Source of the DNA: Camelus ferus
Lineage: Eukaryota
DNA length: 64,000 nucleotides
Reading direction: 5' to 3'
NCBI RefSeq assembly: GCF_009834535.1
Contig: NC_045697.1
Span: 23,190,001-23,254,000, forward strand
This document shows, one piece after another, positions 1 to 12,735 of the stretch. Numbering within the stretch: position 1 is the stretch's first letter; each line of letters begins with the position of its first letter. Position numbers and translations under genes: made by a program. Under the pieces are notes generated by a model. That model did not search any database. It was given only the letters and a program-made list of their open reading frames with translations, and was not told where the DNA came from.

Positions 1-247
1 CCATAAAGAATTCTGTGTATGTTTCTGTGCACACACATCTCTCTGCTATGACTACTCTACCTGGCAATGTGCATCCATGAAAGATTGAAGGCCAGTCACC
101 ACTCCATGGAAGAACTGGAGAACTTAATGAGAAATGTACCAATGAGGCAAATTTCAGAATCACAAGTACCTCAAAACATATAGATTACCTCCAGTTGATG
201 TTAACTCTACAAGGCAAATCCTATGGTCAAGATTTCAATTTTATCTG

Positions 248-950
248 CAATGAGGTATCACCTCACACCAGTCAGAATGGCCATCATTAAAAAGTCCACA
301 AACACACTTAACATATGATCCAGCAATACCACTCCTGGGCATATATCCAGAGGAAACTCTAATTCAAAAAGATTCATGAACCCCAATGTTCACAGAAGCA
401 CTATTTACGATAGCCAAGACATGGAAGCAACCTAAAAGTCCATTGACAGATGAAGGATTAAGAAGCTGTGGTACATTTATACAGTGGAATACTACTCAGC
501 CATAAAAATAGAATAATGCCATTTGTAGCAACATGGATGGACCTGAAGATCATCATTCTAAAGCAAAGTAAGCCAGAAAGAGAAATAAAAATACCATGTG
601 ATATCACTCTAAAAAAAAAAAAGATGCAAATGAACTTATTTACCAAACAGAAACAGAATCACAGACATAGAAAATAAACTTACTGTTACCAAGGGGAAGG
701 GATAAATTGGGAGGTCAAGATTTGCAGATACTAACTACTATATATGAAATAGATATGTAAGTTTCTTCTGTATAGCACAGGTAGCTATATTCAATATCTT
801 GTAATAATCTATAATGGAAAAGAATATGAAAATGAATATATGTATGTATATGTATGACTAGAAACATTATGCTGTACAACAGAAATTGGCACATTGTAAA
901 TTAGCTATAATTCAATAAAACATTTTTTAAATAAAAAATTAAAAAAGATA
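248..950 (+). mobile_element. 5'-truncated lineage-specific LINE-1 (ORF2 C-terminal end and 3' UTR) with an internal deletion
   Basis: Starts CAATGAGGTATCACCTCACACCAGTCAGAATGG. Contains the L1 ORF2-end peptide (..MPFVATWMDLKIIIL..), the 3' UTR (ACAGACATAGAAAATAAACTT..GTTACC), AATAAA at ~914 and an A-rich tail. About 120 nt present in the 46.6-kb copy are missing at ~303. Possible degenerate TSD ATTTCAATTTTA/ATTTCCATTTTA. Confidence 0.9.
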
Positions 951-2328
951 AATAACCTCAAAAAATTTCCATTTTAAACCCTTGTGAAGAAGAATTACTG
1001 GAAGGAAACAGTTTTCAACCTTTATCATTCATTAGCCTTAGGTGTTTGGAGGGAAAAGTGTGAATGAATAATACTTTAGGGAGCTGGTCTCTCCAAATTT
1101 TTTTATCTAGTCCTTATACCTTCAAGGATTTTATACAGCCCTGATATTCTCTTATGATTTGGATTGATTCCTGCCATGAGGGGTCAGTAAAAAACTGTCC
1201 CAAAGGCAGAAATAGGACCTAAAAAACATCAGTGGAAGACAGCTTTGAGTACTCTCAGGGATTTATCAATGTTTACTTTTTGTTAGTATCTGAAACATAT
1301 TTTTCTTTCTCATTTGTAAAATTTCTCCAGAATCGACTTTGGAGGAAGGATGCAAAAGCACAAGTTAGTTCAACATTTTAGCAAAATTTAATTTTTAAAA
1401 CTCTGCTTTTTTACCATTTATCAATTTCTACTAGCTGACATATCCCAACACAAATAATATAACCACGGGCTCTTTATCAAAACCTTCTACAAATTTTAAA
1501 TACATATGTCACTTTTTTCCTTATTTTTCAACAAATTTTATATTGTGTGAATTGGTTAGATATCTAGTTTATAAAATTACACTGGAGTTTTTAATAATAC
1601 ATATTGGCAAATATTTTTATTTAAATGCAGTTTTGAAAGAAATATACTTCTTTAAATACCACTTTTTTCTGTTTTTTAAAAATTTTATTGGCAACTGATA
1701 AAATGTTTATCTAGATTATGAATGTTATATTGAAAAATGATTAATAGATGTAGGTTCAAATTATTGTGTTCTATTAAAAATGATTTAGTCCTTGATGAAC
1801 ATCTGTTTGATAATATGTTATACCCAGATATAGTAAATTAATGACATATATAAAATTACAGGGAAATGACACCTTCAGATCCATTTGAACAGATCTTTTA
1901 AAATGCTATTTGCCACAACCTGTCATCCTGTCATTATATAGCATTATGTAGCATTTAAAAGATGTTTACTTTTCATTTTGAAATTCTTTAGAAATCTAAA
2001 ATACAAATTTCTATGATTTCTGGTTGCATATTCCTTTATTGCCAATATGAACAAATCTGTATGGTTTGACTAAAGCAGATATTACATTCTGCCTATTTGG
2101 AAAAAAAAAATGAATGTTTATTCTCATCTTCTCACCCTTAGCAGGTGGTTTAATTTTAGTGCACTTCAGAATTATAATTTCATGCTTATTAAAAACATTT
2201 ATTATGATTACTGATGCAACTCTATATAGATGAACAAAACTTTTACTTCATTAAATTATTTACCAAAAAAGGCTGTTTTTCACAAAATTTCTTTCCTTTG
2301 AGTAATCACTTTCGGGTCTTCAGAGAGG

Positions 2329-2364
2329 ATCTAAAAGTATGGGAATATCTAAAAGTATGGGAAT
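2329..2364. repeat. perfect 18-bp tandem duplication (ATCTAAAAGTATGGGAAT x2)
   Basis: Read directly from the sequence. Confidence 0.95.
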
Positions 2365-2539
2365 ATGTGGGTTTTGAGTAGTTATGAATTGGTGAATTAT
2401 ACAATTGTTTCTTTAAGGCTCATGTATATTCCCCTTTATATGCTATAGAATATTTTGAAAGTAAATAGGCTACGTTAAATGTAATTTGTTTTGGGGGAAA
2501 ATTTTTATCATATGTTTTATAAAATTTTGCAGTCTTTCA

Positions 2540-3075
2540 GCATTAGGTTATTTGATAATTTATCAAATGTCTAGACGGCACTCACTACGTGGCAGATGCT
2601 ACTTTACATCAGTGTACAAAACACTTGGCAGAGCTTTTATTTTAATAGGGGAGACAAAATATAAGCGATAAATCTAAATAAGGAAATTATGCTTATGTTG
2701 AAAGATGATGAGTACAATGGGGAAAAGGAAACATTAGATCAGGGTGAGAAAAATCAAGATTATTGGGTAGGGATGGGGAGTTAAAATTTTAAGTAGGAAG
2801 CTCAGTGCAGTTATACTAAAAGTGACATTTGAGCAAAGAAATGAAAAGGTGAAACAGTTTGCCAAGAAGTGTCAGCAGTAAGGCCACTCCAGACAAAGGG
2901 ACTGGCCATTGCAAAGGCCTTAAGGTTGGATCATGCCTGGCGTATCTGAGGAATTTCAAGGAAGCCACTGTGAGTGAGTGAGGAGTAGCGAGAACGAGGT
3001 CACAGAGGTTAAATGAGTGGCTAGCTCATGTAAAAGCTTAGATGTCATTGTAAAACTATGGCTTTTATATTTGAA
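2540..3075 (-). mobile_element. LINE-2 3' fragment
   Basis: Reverse-strand L2 motifs GTGACATTTGAGCAAAGA, TGCAAAGGCCTTAAGG and GAGGAATTTCAAGGAAGCCACTGTG. Confidence 0.7.
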
Positions 3076-3269
3076 AACTTACTGTGTGATAGAATTTCCA
3101 CTAATAACTGAGAGTTCAAATGTCCATAACTTCAAGGATACTTATTCTAGCAAGATAGAATAAGAAAAAGAGTTTGGGTTTCAATACAGTGTGACAAATC
3201 CTATGAGAGCCAAGTGTAAGAAGGATCGGGACACAGAAGAAGGCCACTACAATCAGGCTGATCTATTTG

Positions 3270-6200
3270 GTGACTTTATGTGACTATACATTAGTTTATA
3301 TTGTCTAGATTTTTACAGTAATGGAATCACACAGTATCTCCTTTTTATTTTCTGGCTTCTTTTACTCAGCCTAATTATTTTGAGAATTGTCTAAATTGTG
3401 TATATCAATAGTTCAATTTATGCTGAGAAGTAATGTTATGTATAGTTACATCATAATTTGTTTATCATTGCTGTGTTAATGAATGTTTGCATTGCTTCCA
3501 TGTTTTTGTATGAACATAGGGTTTGTTTCTCTTGGGTAAGTGCCTAGGAGTAGAATGGCTAGTTCATATAATTAGAACACATTCAACATTTCAAGAAATT
3601 TTCAAACTGTTTTCCACAGTGTATTGTGTTAAATGCCATCAGCAGTTTAGGAGAGTTCCTGTTGCTTCACAGCCTTGCCCAGACTAAGTATAATCAGACT
3701 TTATAGTTTTAGCTGTTCTAATAGATGTGTGGGTGCATCTCATTCTGATTTTAATTTGTATTTTTTTGATGTCTAAATGGTGAGCAGTTTTTCATGTGCT
3801 TATAAGCCATCCATTTATCCTTGGTGAAGTGTTTCTTCAAATAATTTCTCCATATATACAATTGGGTACTCTGTTTTAATATTTGTAAGGTTTTTTATTT
3901 CTATTTTTCATAATCTGAGTAGATACCATTATTAGATATATGATTTGCGAAACCCTTCTCTAATTTTATGGCTTCTTCGTTTTAAACAAAAATTAACAGT
4001 GTTTTCAAGAAGCAAAAATTCTTCATTCTGATTACACCAAATTAATGATTTTTTTTTTTTTTTGTGGATACTGTTTTTGGAATTCTGAGAAATCTTTGCT
4101 AAACTGAGATGAAAAATACTTTTATCATATGTTTTCTCCTAGAGACTTTATACTTTTAGCTTTTGTATCTCAGTCTATGATGCATTTTGAGCTAATTTTT
4201 GTATCTGATATGAGCTTTGGATCATTTTTTTTAAAAATATGGATGTCTAGTTGTTCCAGCACCATGTTTAGAAAAGACAATCTTTTCTCCACTTGTTAGG
4301 CAGTTAGCTAGAAATGAGCACTGGGCAGGGGGAGAAAAGGGGACAGGAGCAACCCAGAAAATAACAGTATGCCTGCACTCAGGATAAGGGGCTCCAAAAC
4401 CTTTCTCTCAATGAAGGACAGCAAAGAAGCCAGCTTGGCTCCAACGCTGCAGCCACGCAATAGAGAGAAGGACCCGCCTTAACCTGACCCAATGCCTATT
4501 ATAATGTAATTAACATTACAGTTGGAGCCCCGTCCATGGGTTTCTCTTTGTGCTTCATGGGTAAGAACCTGCCCAAAAGGGGATGGGCATCCCTGAGCAC
4601 AAGGACTGTGAGCTGTCAGACAGCCTGAGAACTCAAAGAACCTGAGCCATGAATCAATCACCACAAAGGAACGCCCCTAAGCCAGGATATAAAAACAGGA
4701 AAAACAAAGGAGTGGTGCCATTTTCCTCTCTTGGATTGGTCAGCTCCCAATTCTTGGGAGTGTACTTTACTACCTTTTTACTTTACTAATAAAATCTTGT
4801 TTATATCACACTGTCTGTCTCTTGTTAAAAATTCTTTTTTTTCAGGTGACTAAGAACTGAGGTGATTCTTATTTCCCTCCTAGTAACACACTGAGATGCC
4901 TATGCATATTTGTCAAAAATCAGTTGATCAAAGATGTGTGAATTTCTTTCTGGACTCTATTTTCTGTTGCATTGATTTATTTGTCTATTATGACACCATT
5001 ACCTCATTGTCTTGATTTCTGTAGTTTTGTAAAAACTCTTTAAGTTAGTATCCATATGTTCCTTGTTCTTTTAAAAATTATCCTTGTTGTTTTTTTTTTT
5101 AAATTGGCTGTTCTTAGTCCTTTCATTTTCATTTGGATTTTAGAATTAGCTTCTCAACTTCTCACAATAAAAATAAAGGCCTGCTGAAATGTTTAATCGA
5201 GACAGCATTGTATCTACTGGGAAAATTGACATCCGATAATATTAAGTCTTCAGATCCATGAATACTATATAGCTCTCAATCTACTTTTCTTTTCCTTTTA
5301 CCTCAATAATCTTTTTTGTCCTCAATGTAAAAGTCTTGCACATTTTTTTCAGATTTGTCCTTAAGTATTAGGTATTTTTGATGCTACTGTAAAAAATATT
5401 TTTAATTTGTTTGTAGCTAGAAAATAGAAATACACATGATTATTTATGTGCTGTTGACTTTTTGCAACCTTGCCAATTCCCATCATAGATATAGACAATT
5501 ATGCCATTTGTGAGTAAATTTTACTTCTCTCTTTCCAAATAAGACTATTACTTTCCTTTCTTCCCTTATTGCACTAGCTGAAATTTTAGTTCAATATTGT
5601 TTGAAATGTTGAGAGGAGACATCCTTGCTATTCTGTATCTTAGGGAGGAAATATTCAAGGTTTCATCACTAAATATGATGTTAGATATTGGGGGGAGTTG
5701 TTCTTTCATAAATGCCCTTTATCATAATGAGATTTTTTTCCCTCCCTTTTTACAGTTTGGTAAGTGTTTTATCCACAGTGGACATTGGCTTTTACCTAAA
5801 GATTTTTCTAAATCTATAAAAAGTACCATACAGAGGTCCTTTTGTAAGTTGTTATACTTTCAAATGTAGAATTAAACTAGCATTTCTGATATAAACATTG
5901 CTTAGTTAATGTGTGTTAACCTTTTTATGTATTTTGGATAAATTTTAGTATAATGTCTAAAAGGTGTTTGAATCTATGTTCATGAATGATATGGTGGTGT
6001 TTCCTCACAATTATTTTTCTGGTTTTAGTATCACAGTAAGGCTGGTTTTGAAGACTTAGATAAAAAGTATCCTTTTCTCCTCAATCTTCTGAAGAATTTG
6101 TATATAATCAGTACTGCTTCTTCCTGAAATATTTGGCAGGATTTCACAGTGGAGTCTCTCAGCCTGGACTTCTATTTGTGGGCATAATTTTAACATGACA

Positions 6201-6700
6201 TACACTTTCTTGCAGGTCTATTCACATTTTCTGTTTCTTCTCAAGTGAACTTCAATAGCTTGTGTCTTTCAAGAAATATTCCACCTCTTTCATTTCTGAT
6301 ATTGGTAAGTATTAGTAACTAGAACATTATCAACTTTTGAACTTCTCAAAGAAAGTCATTGATTAACTATGTGTATTCTGCTGTTGTTGGGGAACTTTCT
6401 ATATCAGTCATTTCCAATTAGTGGATAATTTTGTTCAAGTCTTCTGTATCTTCCAAATTCAGGGACTACTTGAGAAGAAATTTTTTTAACACAATTGCCA
6501 ATCTTTCTATTTCTCCCTTAAGTTTCATGTGTCCCAAAGGTCTTTTACTGGGTGTATAAAAATCAAGAATTGTTATACTCCTTTTTCTCTTTTGTAATTT
6601 GAAATGAACTTCTTTATGTCTAGTAATAGATTTTGCTCTAAAATCCATGTTGCATCTTGTTGATATAACCACAAAGCTTTTTTATTAGCATTAATAAATT
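3270..6700 (-). mobile_element. old L1M-type LINE-1 (3' UTR and decayed ORF2), interrupted by a solo LTR
   Basis: Antisense L1 motifs TGGCTTCTTTTACTCAGC, CCTAGGAGTAGAATGGCT, GTTGTTCCAGCACCAT and GTCAAAAATCAGTTG. The L1 reads through on both sides of 4294-4888. ORF 6466-6672 (-) resembles a decayed endonuclease-domain segment. Confidence 0.8.
4294..4888 (+). mobile_element. solo ERV LTR (ERV1-type, 595 bp)
   Basis: TGTTAG...GTAACA termini and a perfect 4-bp TSD CACT (4290-4293, 4889-4892). TATA-like GATATAAAAA at ~4686 and AATAAA at ~4788. Confidence 0.9.
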
Positions 6701-7087
6701 TTATTAGCATTAATGTAATGTATGTTTTTCTTTACTTTTAAGACACTTTGGTATTTATACCTTAATTAATAAATTAATAATTAGCTTAATTAAATTTTAA
6801 CTTAATAAAAGAAGAAGGTTTTTTTGGCTCTAGACGCATCTTCCTAGATTACCCTAAAACCATTAAATCATAAGCTGAAAACTCCTGGTCAAAGATATAA
6901 TTTCTCAACCTTGTCTTTTATTTTTTTAGTTTTCCTAACTCTCATTTTCAGCATGATCTATTTCACTTCCAAGTCTCTCCCTCTGTTTTCTATATGCCCT
7001 GTTTCATAGGAAATAATTATCCTGCCTATCAGAAAATTCTTTGTTGAAAATTTATTACATCTCTTTACCTTATTAAAAACTGGTTTT

Positions 7088-7146
7088 CATTGTAAACTGA
7101 CTATAACTCAATTAAAAAATAGATTTAAAAAGTTATCAGGGAAAAG
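7088..7146 (+). mobile_element. ~60-bp extreme 3' tip of a LINE-1 with TSD
   Basis: CATTGTAAACTGACTATAACTCAATTAAAAAA matches the L1 3' terminus of other copies. Flanked by AAAACTGGTT at 7076-7085 and 7147-7156. Confidence 0.8.
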
Positions 7147-7499
7147 AAAACTGGTTCTTTGACTCATTTGAGTTTTTTTTCGAAGTGGGAAATAATCTTC
7201 CAAATGCTCTTGTCCTCAAGATCAAGAGTATGTCTCAGCCTTATCTTCACTCTTTTTGAAGGTCTCTTCAAATTCTTGCACCTCTTTTTGAAGCTTCTGT
7301 TTTTTTTATGCTTCCTGTTTTTCCAATTATCTATCTTGCATTTGGTTGCTTCAATAACAAGTCTGATTACACACTATCCTTGACAGAAAACTGTAAGATT
7401 GGAATTGTAGTAGTCTTCTTCACCCCAAATCCTACTAGAACCCTGAGTGGCTTCATTCATTCACTCACATAACAGAAGATCCAGTTCAACGCTACCTTG

Positions 7500-8480
7500 A
7501 TGACATCCATTACACACGTATTATGATCTTTTACCTCCTAAACTATGCACTTACTATTGACATCCACTGAATGTCTAAGTACTAATAATCACTGTGTTTT
7601 TAATCAGAAAAGACATCTCCACCCAAGTTCTCTATATACCAGGAAATGAAGACTCCACTCTTCTGTTTGTGCAGATAAAATAAATGTTGACATATTCTGT
7701 CTTGCACATACCCCATCTCCTTCATCAGCAAATTATATTCATTAACCACCAATATATACAGAACAAACCATGTCTCACCACTTCCACTACCACCAACTTG
7801 GTAAAAACACCATCATATGTTCCTGAATTACTGACCTGATTGGTTTCCCTCCTTCACTGCTTGCTCCACTCCTCCCCCTCCCCAATCTGTTTTTGGCACA
7901 GCAACTTACTTAAAAATAAAATCAAGTGGTTTTATTCTGCTGCTAAAACTTCATCTGGTAGCTTCCCCTTTCACATTAAACAAAAATGCAAAACATTTCT
8001 ACATGCTAGAAGTTCACCCATCCCTCCTTTCATCCTTTCTCCATCTCTCTGACCTCCTTACTTGTCTCCTTGCTCTTCCTCCAATGCAACAGACAAGCTG
8101 CTCACTCAAGGTCTGTGTACTTGTTATTTCCTCTGCATGGAACATGCTTTTTCTTTATATTTGCATGACAGTCCTTCACCTTGAATGTTTATTTATTTAT
8201 TTTGCTCAAACAATGTCTTATAAGTGAGACATAACCACCTAATATAAAATAAAATTAACCTCTACCCTGGGATTATCTAGTGACCTTTATTCTTGTTTTT
8301 CTTTGGAATGCCTATTGCCATCACCTACACGTTTATTATTCTACTATCTATTTTGCTGTTACACATCAATAGAATGTAAGCTCTTTGCTATCAAGTATTT
8401 CACATGTCTTGTTAATTTCTGCATTCCCAGAAAGACAGCTGGCAGATTGTAAGAGCTCAATAAATATTTGTTAAATGTGT
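7500..8480 (+). mobile_element. LINE-2 3' portion
   Basis: Pyrimidine-rich L2 body ending in the canonical 3' end (TAGAATGTAAGCTC ... CTGGCAGATTGTAAGAGCTCAATAAATATTTGTT). Confidence 0.75.
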
Positions 8481-9502
8481 TTTTGTTGTTGATGGGCTCC
8501 TTTGGTGGCTCTACCTCTTACTTTAAAACTCTACCCTTCAGAAGCGATCAGTAGAAATAAAATTGTGCTGAAAGTTCAGATGAGTAAAAGCTTGTATTAA
8601 ATGGCAAACTTTGAAAGCTAAGTGAATTGCCTAATATTAGTATATGGAGGAAAAGGAAACATCATTTCGACAGTTTTGTAGTGGAATTTTTTATAGAATT
8701 TCTTTAGAAGCTACACTAATGTAGTCTAATGGGCACTTGTAAATTACAATTATAAACACTTTGGGTAATTTATATCCTCTTTGTGATTCATGACTAGATC
8801 ATTTAGGCGTGTTATAGTATTTCAAGTTTTCATGTTCAATAAACCTTTTGGGGTTGCAACCTTTCCTATTCAAATGGAAAAACTGTCTAGTGTTTTCATC
8901 TAAAAGGTTTTTGTTTTTTGTTTCTTGTTTTTGTTTTACTGCAGGAATAAATTACATTATGTTAGTTGCAGAGTTTTGTTTAATTTCCAAATCTAATCAC
9001 TGATAAAAGTCTTTCCATAGAGAAATAATTTTATACAAAACACAAAAGTTATGAAACATTTAATTGTTATACTATCTGTGTTTCTATCTTACATAGTGAA
9101 AGCATACATCTTAACTCCACCTAAAGCAAATAATTGCCAGGTGACTTCTTAACATATGGTATAGAATCAAATCTAGTGTAACTAGGAGTTTTTGGTTTTA
9201 ACTGGTATGTAAATCAGTTTAGAAAAAAATATTTTGAATGAAATATAATTCTTTAAGATTCATTTGGCAATCATAAATTATTTGAATTTTTTATTATATT
9301 TTCTCAAATTTCATTGAGCCCTTCTACAATAAGAAACAAGTTATAAAAAATTGATTCCTTTTTCTACAAAATTATTATTATTATATATTAGTAAGGTAGT
9401 TATAGAGGTTGAAGTATTTAAAATATTGAACCTAAAATGTTTGATTAGACATTCTGCTGAGCATTCATTGTTGAAGTGATGCTAATATTATCAATAGATT
9501 GA

Positions 9503-10023
9503 TATAGTCAGGGAGGAGAAAATTTTTCCTTCTATCCCTTTTGAGTTCTTATGACTGAACAAATAATAAAATTGACACAAGACAGACTAACAGGAGAAGA
9601 AGAAACAAATTTTAACTAATGCATATGGAGGGCTTATAGAAATGGGACCTAAGAATTGGCCAAAGCAGATATCTTTTATCCTTTTTAGACAAATAAACAA
9701 TAAATTTGTGAGAAATTGACAGGACCAAAAATTTAGGTTTTATGTGAAGAATCTAAAACAGAATTTGGGTTTAGGATAGTAAATAAAGAAGTAACACGGT
9801 CTGTGCATATAGGCTTTTCAGCCGGAATCTCCTGTCTTTGAGAATAAGAGTGTTCTTCTACCTCCAGATGCAGGGACTGTTCCACAGGAGAGATTTATAT
9901 CCTGCTTTCAGGGAGACAGAAAGGAGGGTCAGTGTCCCTCTTGCACCAACCATTTCTTAAGTAACTTTAATTCAAAATAATATGCCATTGTAGCATATTT
10001 GGGGTCACCTGCCGTGAGCCTCA
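9503..10023. mobile_element. probable solo ERV1-type LTR (MER4/MER41-group-like)
   Basis: Begins TATAGTCAGGGAGGAGAAAATTTTTCC, contains AATTGACACAAGACAGACTAACAGGAGAA and ends TTTGGGGTCACCTGCCGTGAGCCTCA. Recognised by resemblance to laurasiatherian LTRs; no clear TSD. Confidence 0.6.
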
Positions 10024-10334
10024 AAGTACAAACCTAAAATTAAATACATTATGTTCAATTTTATGGCAAATGTCTACTTGATATATATAACAAGATTTTG
10101 GATGAGGAGGGCCTTCTAACCATATTTGATTTCTACAGCCCTTTAGGCTTAAAATTCTTCATTAAGAATCTACCATAGCTTCCTTGGCGACTTTGCCTCA
10201 GGATTAGGTTACAACCCTAATTATTTTCAACTTCCGCAAAATTATTTTGAAATTTGCTATCTGTATGTGAATCTCATGACAGGCTGTTGTGGTCTTTATT
10301 TGGAGCCCAGAACATCCTTTAGCCTCCCCCATCC

Positions 10335-11500
10335 TCAATGTCCTCTTCCAGAGTGGAACATTTGTTACAATTGATGAACCTGCATTGACATGATATTATC
10401 ACTAAAAGACCACAGTTTATGTTACAGTTCACTCTTGGTGTTGTACATTCTATAGGTGTAGACAAAAGTACAATGACATTATCTACCATTAGTGTATCAT
10501 GGAGAGTAGTTTCACTGCCATAAAAAAATCCTCTGTGTTCTGCTTGTCCATTTCATCTTCCCTGTAACCACTGATCATTTTTCACTCTCTCCATACTTTT
10601 GCCTTTGTCAGAAGTCTTATAGATGGAATCATACAGTATGTATTTTCAGATTGGCTTCTTTCATTTAGTAATATGTACTTAAAGTTGTTGTATATCTTTT
10701 CCTGGCTTGACAATTCATTTCATCTTAGCACTGGATAATATTCCAATGCCTGGATTTACCACAGTTTATTTAACCATTTATCTATTGAAAGTCATCTTGG
10801 TTGCTTCCAAATTTTGGCAATTATGGATAAAGCTGTAACTAACTAAATGCAGGTTTTTGTGTAGATACAAGTTTTCAACTCATTTGGATAAATGCTAAGA
10901 AGAATGATTGCTGGATTATGTGGGAAAAGCTTGTTTTGTAAGAAACTGCCAAACTGTCTTTCAAAGTGGCTGTACCATTTTACATCCCCACCAGAAATGC
11001 GTGACCATTTCTGTTGCTCTATAGCCCCAACAATATTTAGTGTTCTCTGTTGTTCTGGATTTTGGCCATTCTAATGGTGGTATAAGGTATCTCATTTTAA
11101 TTTGCATTTTCATGATGACTTAGGGTGTAAAGCATTTTTTCCTATGCTTATTTGTTATCTGAGCATTTTCTTTGGTGCTATGTCTGCCAGGGTCTTTGGC
11201 CTATATTTTAACTGGGATGTTTGTTTTCTTATCCATGAGTGTTAAGGGTTCTTTGAATATTTTGGATAACAGTCTTTTATCTAATGAGTGTTTAGAAAAT
11301 ATTTTCTCCCAATCTTGGCTTATCTTTTCATTCTCTTGACAGTGTCTTTCACAGAGTAGAAATTTTTATTTTCAATAAAATCCATCTTATCAATTCTTTC
11401 ATTCACAGATAATGCCTTTGGTGCTGTATCTAAAAAGTTATTTCCAAACCCAATGTCATCTAGGTTTTCTCCAACATTATTTTCAGGTAGTTTTATATTA
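10335..11500 (-). mobile_element. L1MC-like LINE-1 3' fragment
   Basis: Diagnostic CAGAGTGGAACATTTGTTACAATTGATGAACC...GTTCACTCTTGGTGTTGTACATTCTAT, followed by antisense ORF2-end motifs. Confidence 0.85.
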
Positions 11501-11549
11501 GAATTCCAACTCCTTTCCTCTCATTCTTTGTGCTATTGTTGTCATCAAT

Positions 11550-11860
11550 ATATAGCAAATTAAATCAATCAACATGGTAAATATATAACATATCTTGACC
11601 AAATGGATTACAACGTTGATTCAACATTCAAAAATTACTCATTAATTCACTATGTCAACAGATTAAAGAAAAAGCATATCATTATTCCAATAATATGTAA
11701 AGGAGTTTAATAAAGTACCACATCCAATTAAAATAAAAACTCTCATAATCTAAGAGTGAGCATCAACCAAAGACCTACCACTAACATCCTACTTAGTGGT
11801 GAAATATTGAATTCTTTCTCTCTAAGATAGGGAAAAACCTGAAGAAACCACTCTTCTTAT
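11550..11860 (+). mobile_element. old LINE-1 ORF2 (RT region) fragment
   Basis: TTCAACATTCAAAA...AACAGATTAAAGAAAAAGCATATCATTATT...CTAACATCCTACTTAGTGGTGAAA..CTCTAAGAT resembles L1 RT-coding DNA. Confidence 0.65.
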
Positions 11861-12289
11861 CCCTCCTGTGCAACACAGTTCTCCTGATTATGTCACAGTG
11901 TCTTCAACTACCTCTCTATGAACTTGGACTACATTGGATTCTCTTGTACTTTTGTTCTCTCCATCATGATTACATTCTAACAAAAATCACTTTATTCTTT
12001 ATGCATAATTTTTCTTAGATTCCCACTTTAATTTCCTTTTTGTAAACAAAATATACATTCTAACATAACAATGTGTCTGAAATATAACTTTAGCTTAAAT
12101 TTCCATTCTATTATTTGATGCATGATGTTTACAAGGAATTATTCCATTGCTGGAAACATGATCACACAGAATTGATTTTGAGGGAATACAGTCATCCTTT
12201 CAATTTCTACTTAGGTGTCAACTCCTCAAGGAAAACCTCTGTTTATCACTACTCGAGGTGTCTATCTTGGGGAGGGAAAAGCAAGTGGT

Positions 12290-12480
12290 TTAGTGGAAAG
12301 AACGTTTGCTAGGAAAACAAAACTTGTGGAAGGGACAGAAGGAAGCAAGATTGGTCAGAGAGAAAAGTCAAGTTGCAGTGCTGCCTTGGTTCACTCCACA
12401 GGAGGCTCTGGAGATAAAATCGCCAATTAAAGTTGGGTACATAGGTCCAAAATATCTGGGTGGTTATATCCCCTATGTTA
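12290..12480 (-). mobile_element. LTR16-like (ERVL) LTR fragment
   Basis: GGAAGCAAGATTGGTCAGAGAGAAAAGTCAAGTTGCAGTGC...CCACAGGAGGCTCTGGAG is the reverse complement of the motif seen at ~17.3 kb. Confidence 0.6.
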
Positions 12481-12489
12481 TCCCATTAA

Positions 12490-12735
12490 TGTAACATTCT
12501 TGAAAATTAAAATAATTAGGGCAGAAAAATCAGTGATTGCCATGTGTTTTGAGTGGAAACAGAATAGGAGATCGACTACAAAGGCACAATAAATCCGTTT
12601 TTATGGTGGTGGAAATCTTCTGTATCTTGATTATGTGACAATTATAGGACTGTATGTGTTTGTCAAAGTTCATCAAATTACATGTTTAAGTAGAATTAAT
12701 TTCATGATACTTAATTAATAAACATGACAAAAAAT
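12490..12735 (+). mobile_element. old L1 (L1MC/MD/ME-type) 3' end
   Basis: ATCAGTGATTGCC...GGTGGTGGAAATCTTCTGTATCTTGATT...TTTGTCAAAGTTCATC...AATAAA. Confidence 0.7.

Noticed and set aside
7..183. Protein-like frame (..LLYLAMCIHERLKASHHSMEELENLMRNVPMRQISESQVPQNI*), a possible pseudogene remnant
   Set aside because: Interrupted by stops, cut by the window edge and not recognised. A TBLASTN/BLASTX hit would be needed to support it.
6680..6714. Short direct repeat TTTTATTAGCATTAAT x2 (also AGTCCTAGACT x2 at ~22760)
   Set aside because: Ordinary slippage duplications inside decayed repeats, with no sign of function.
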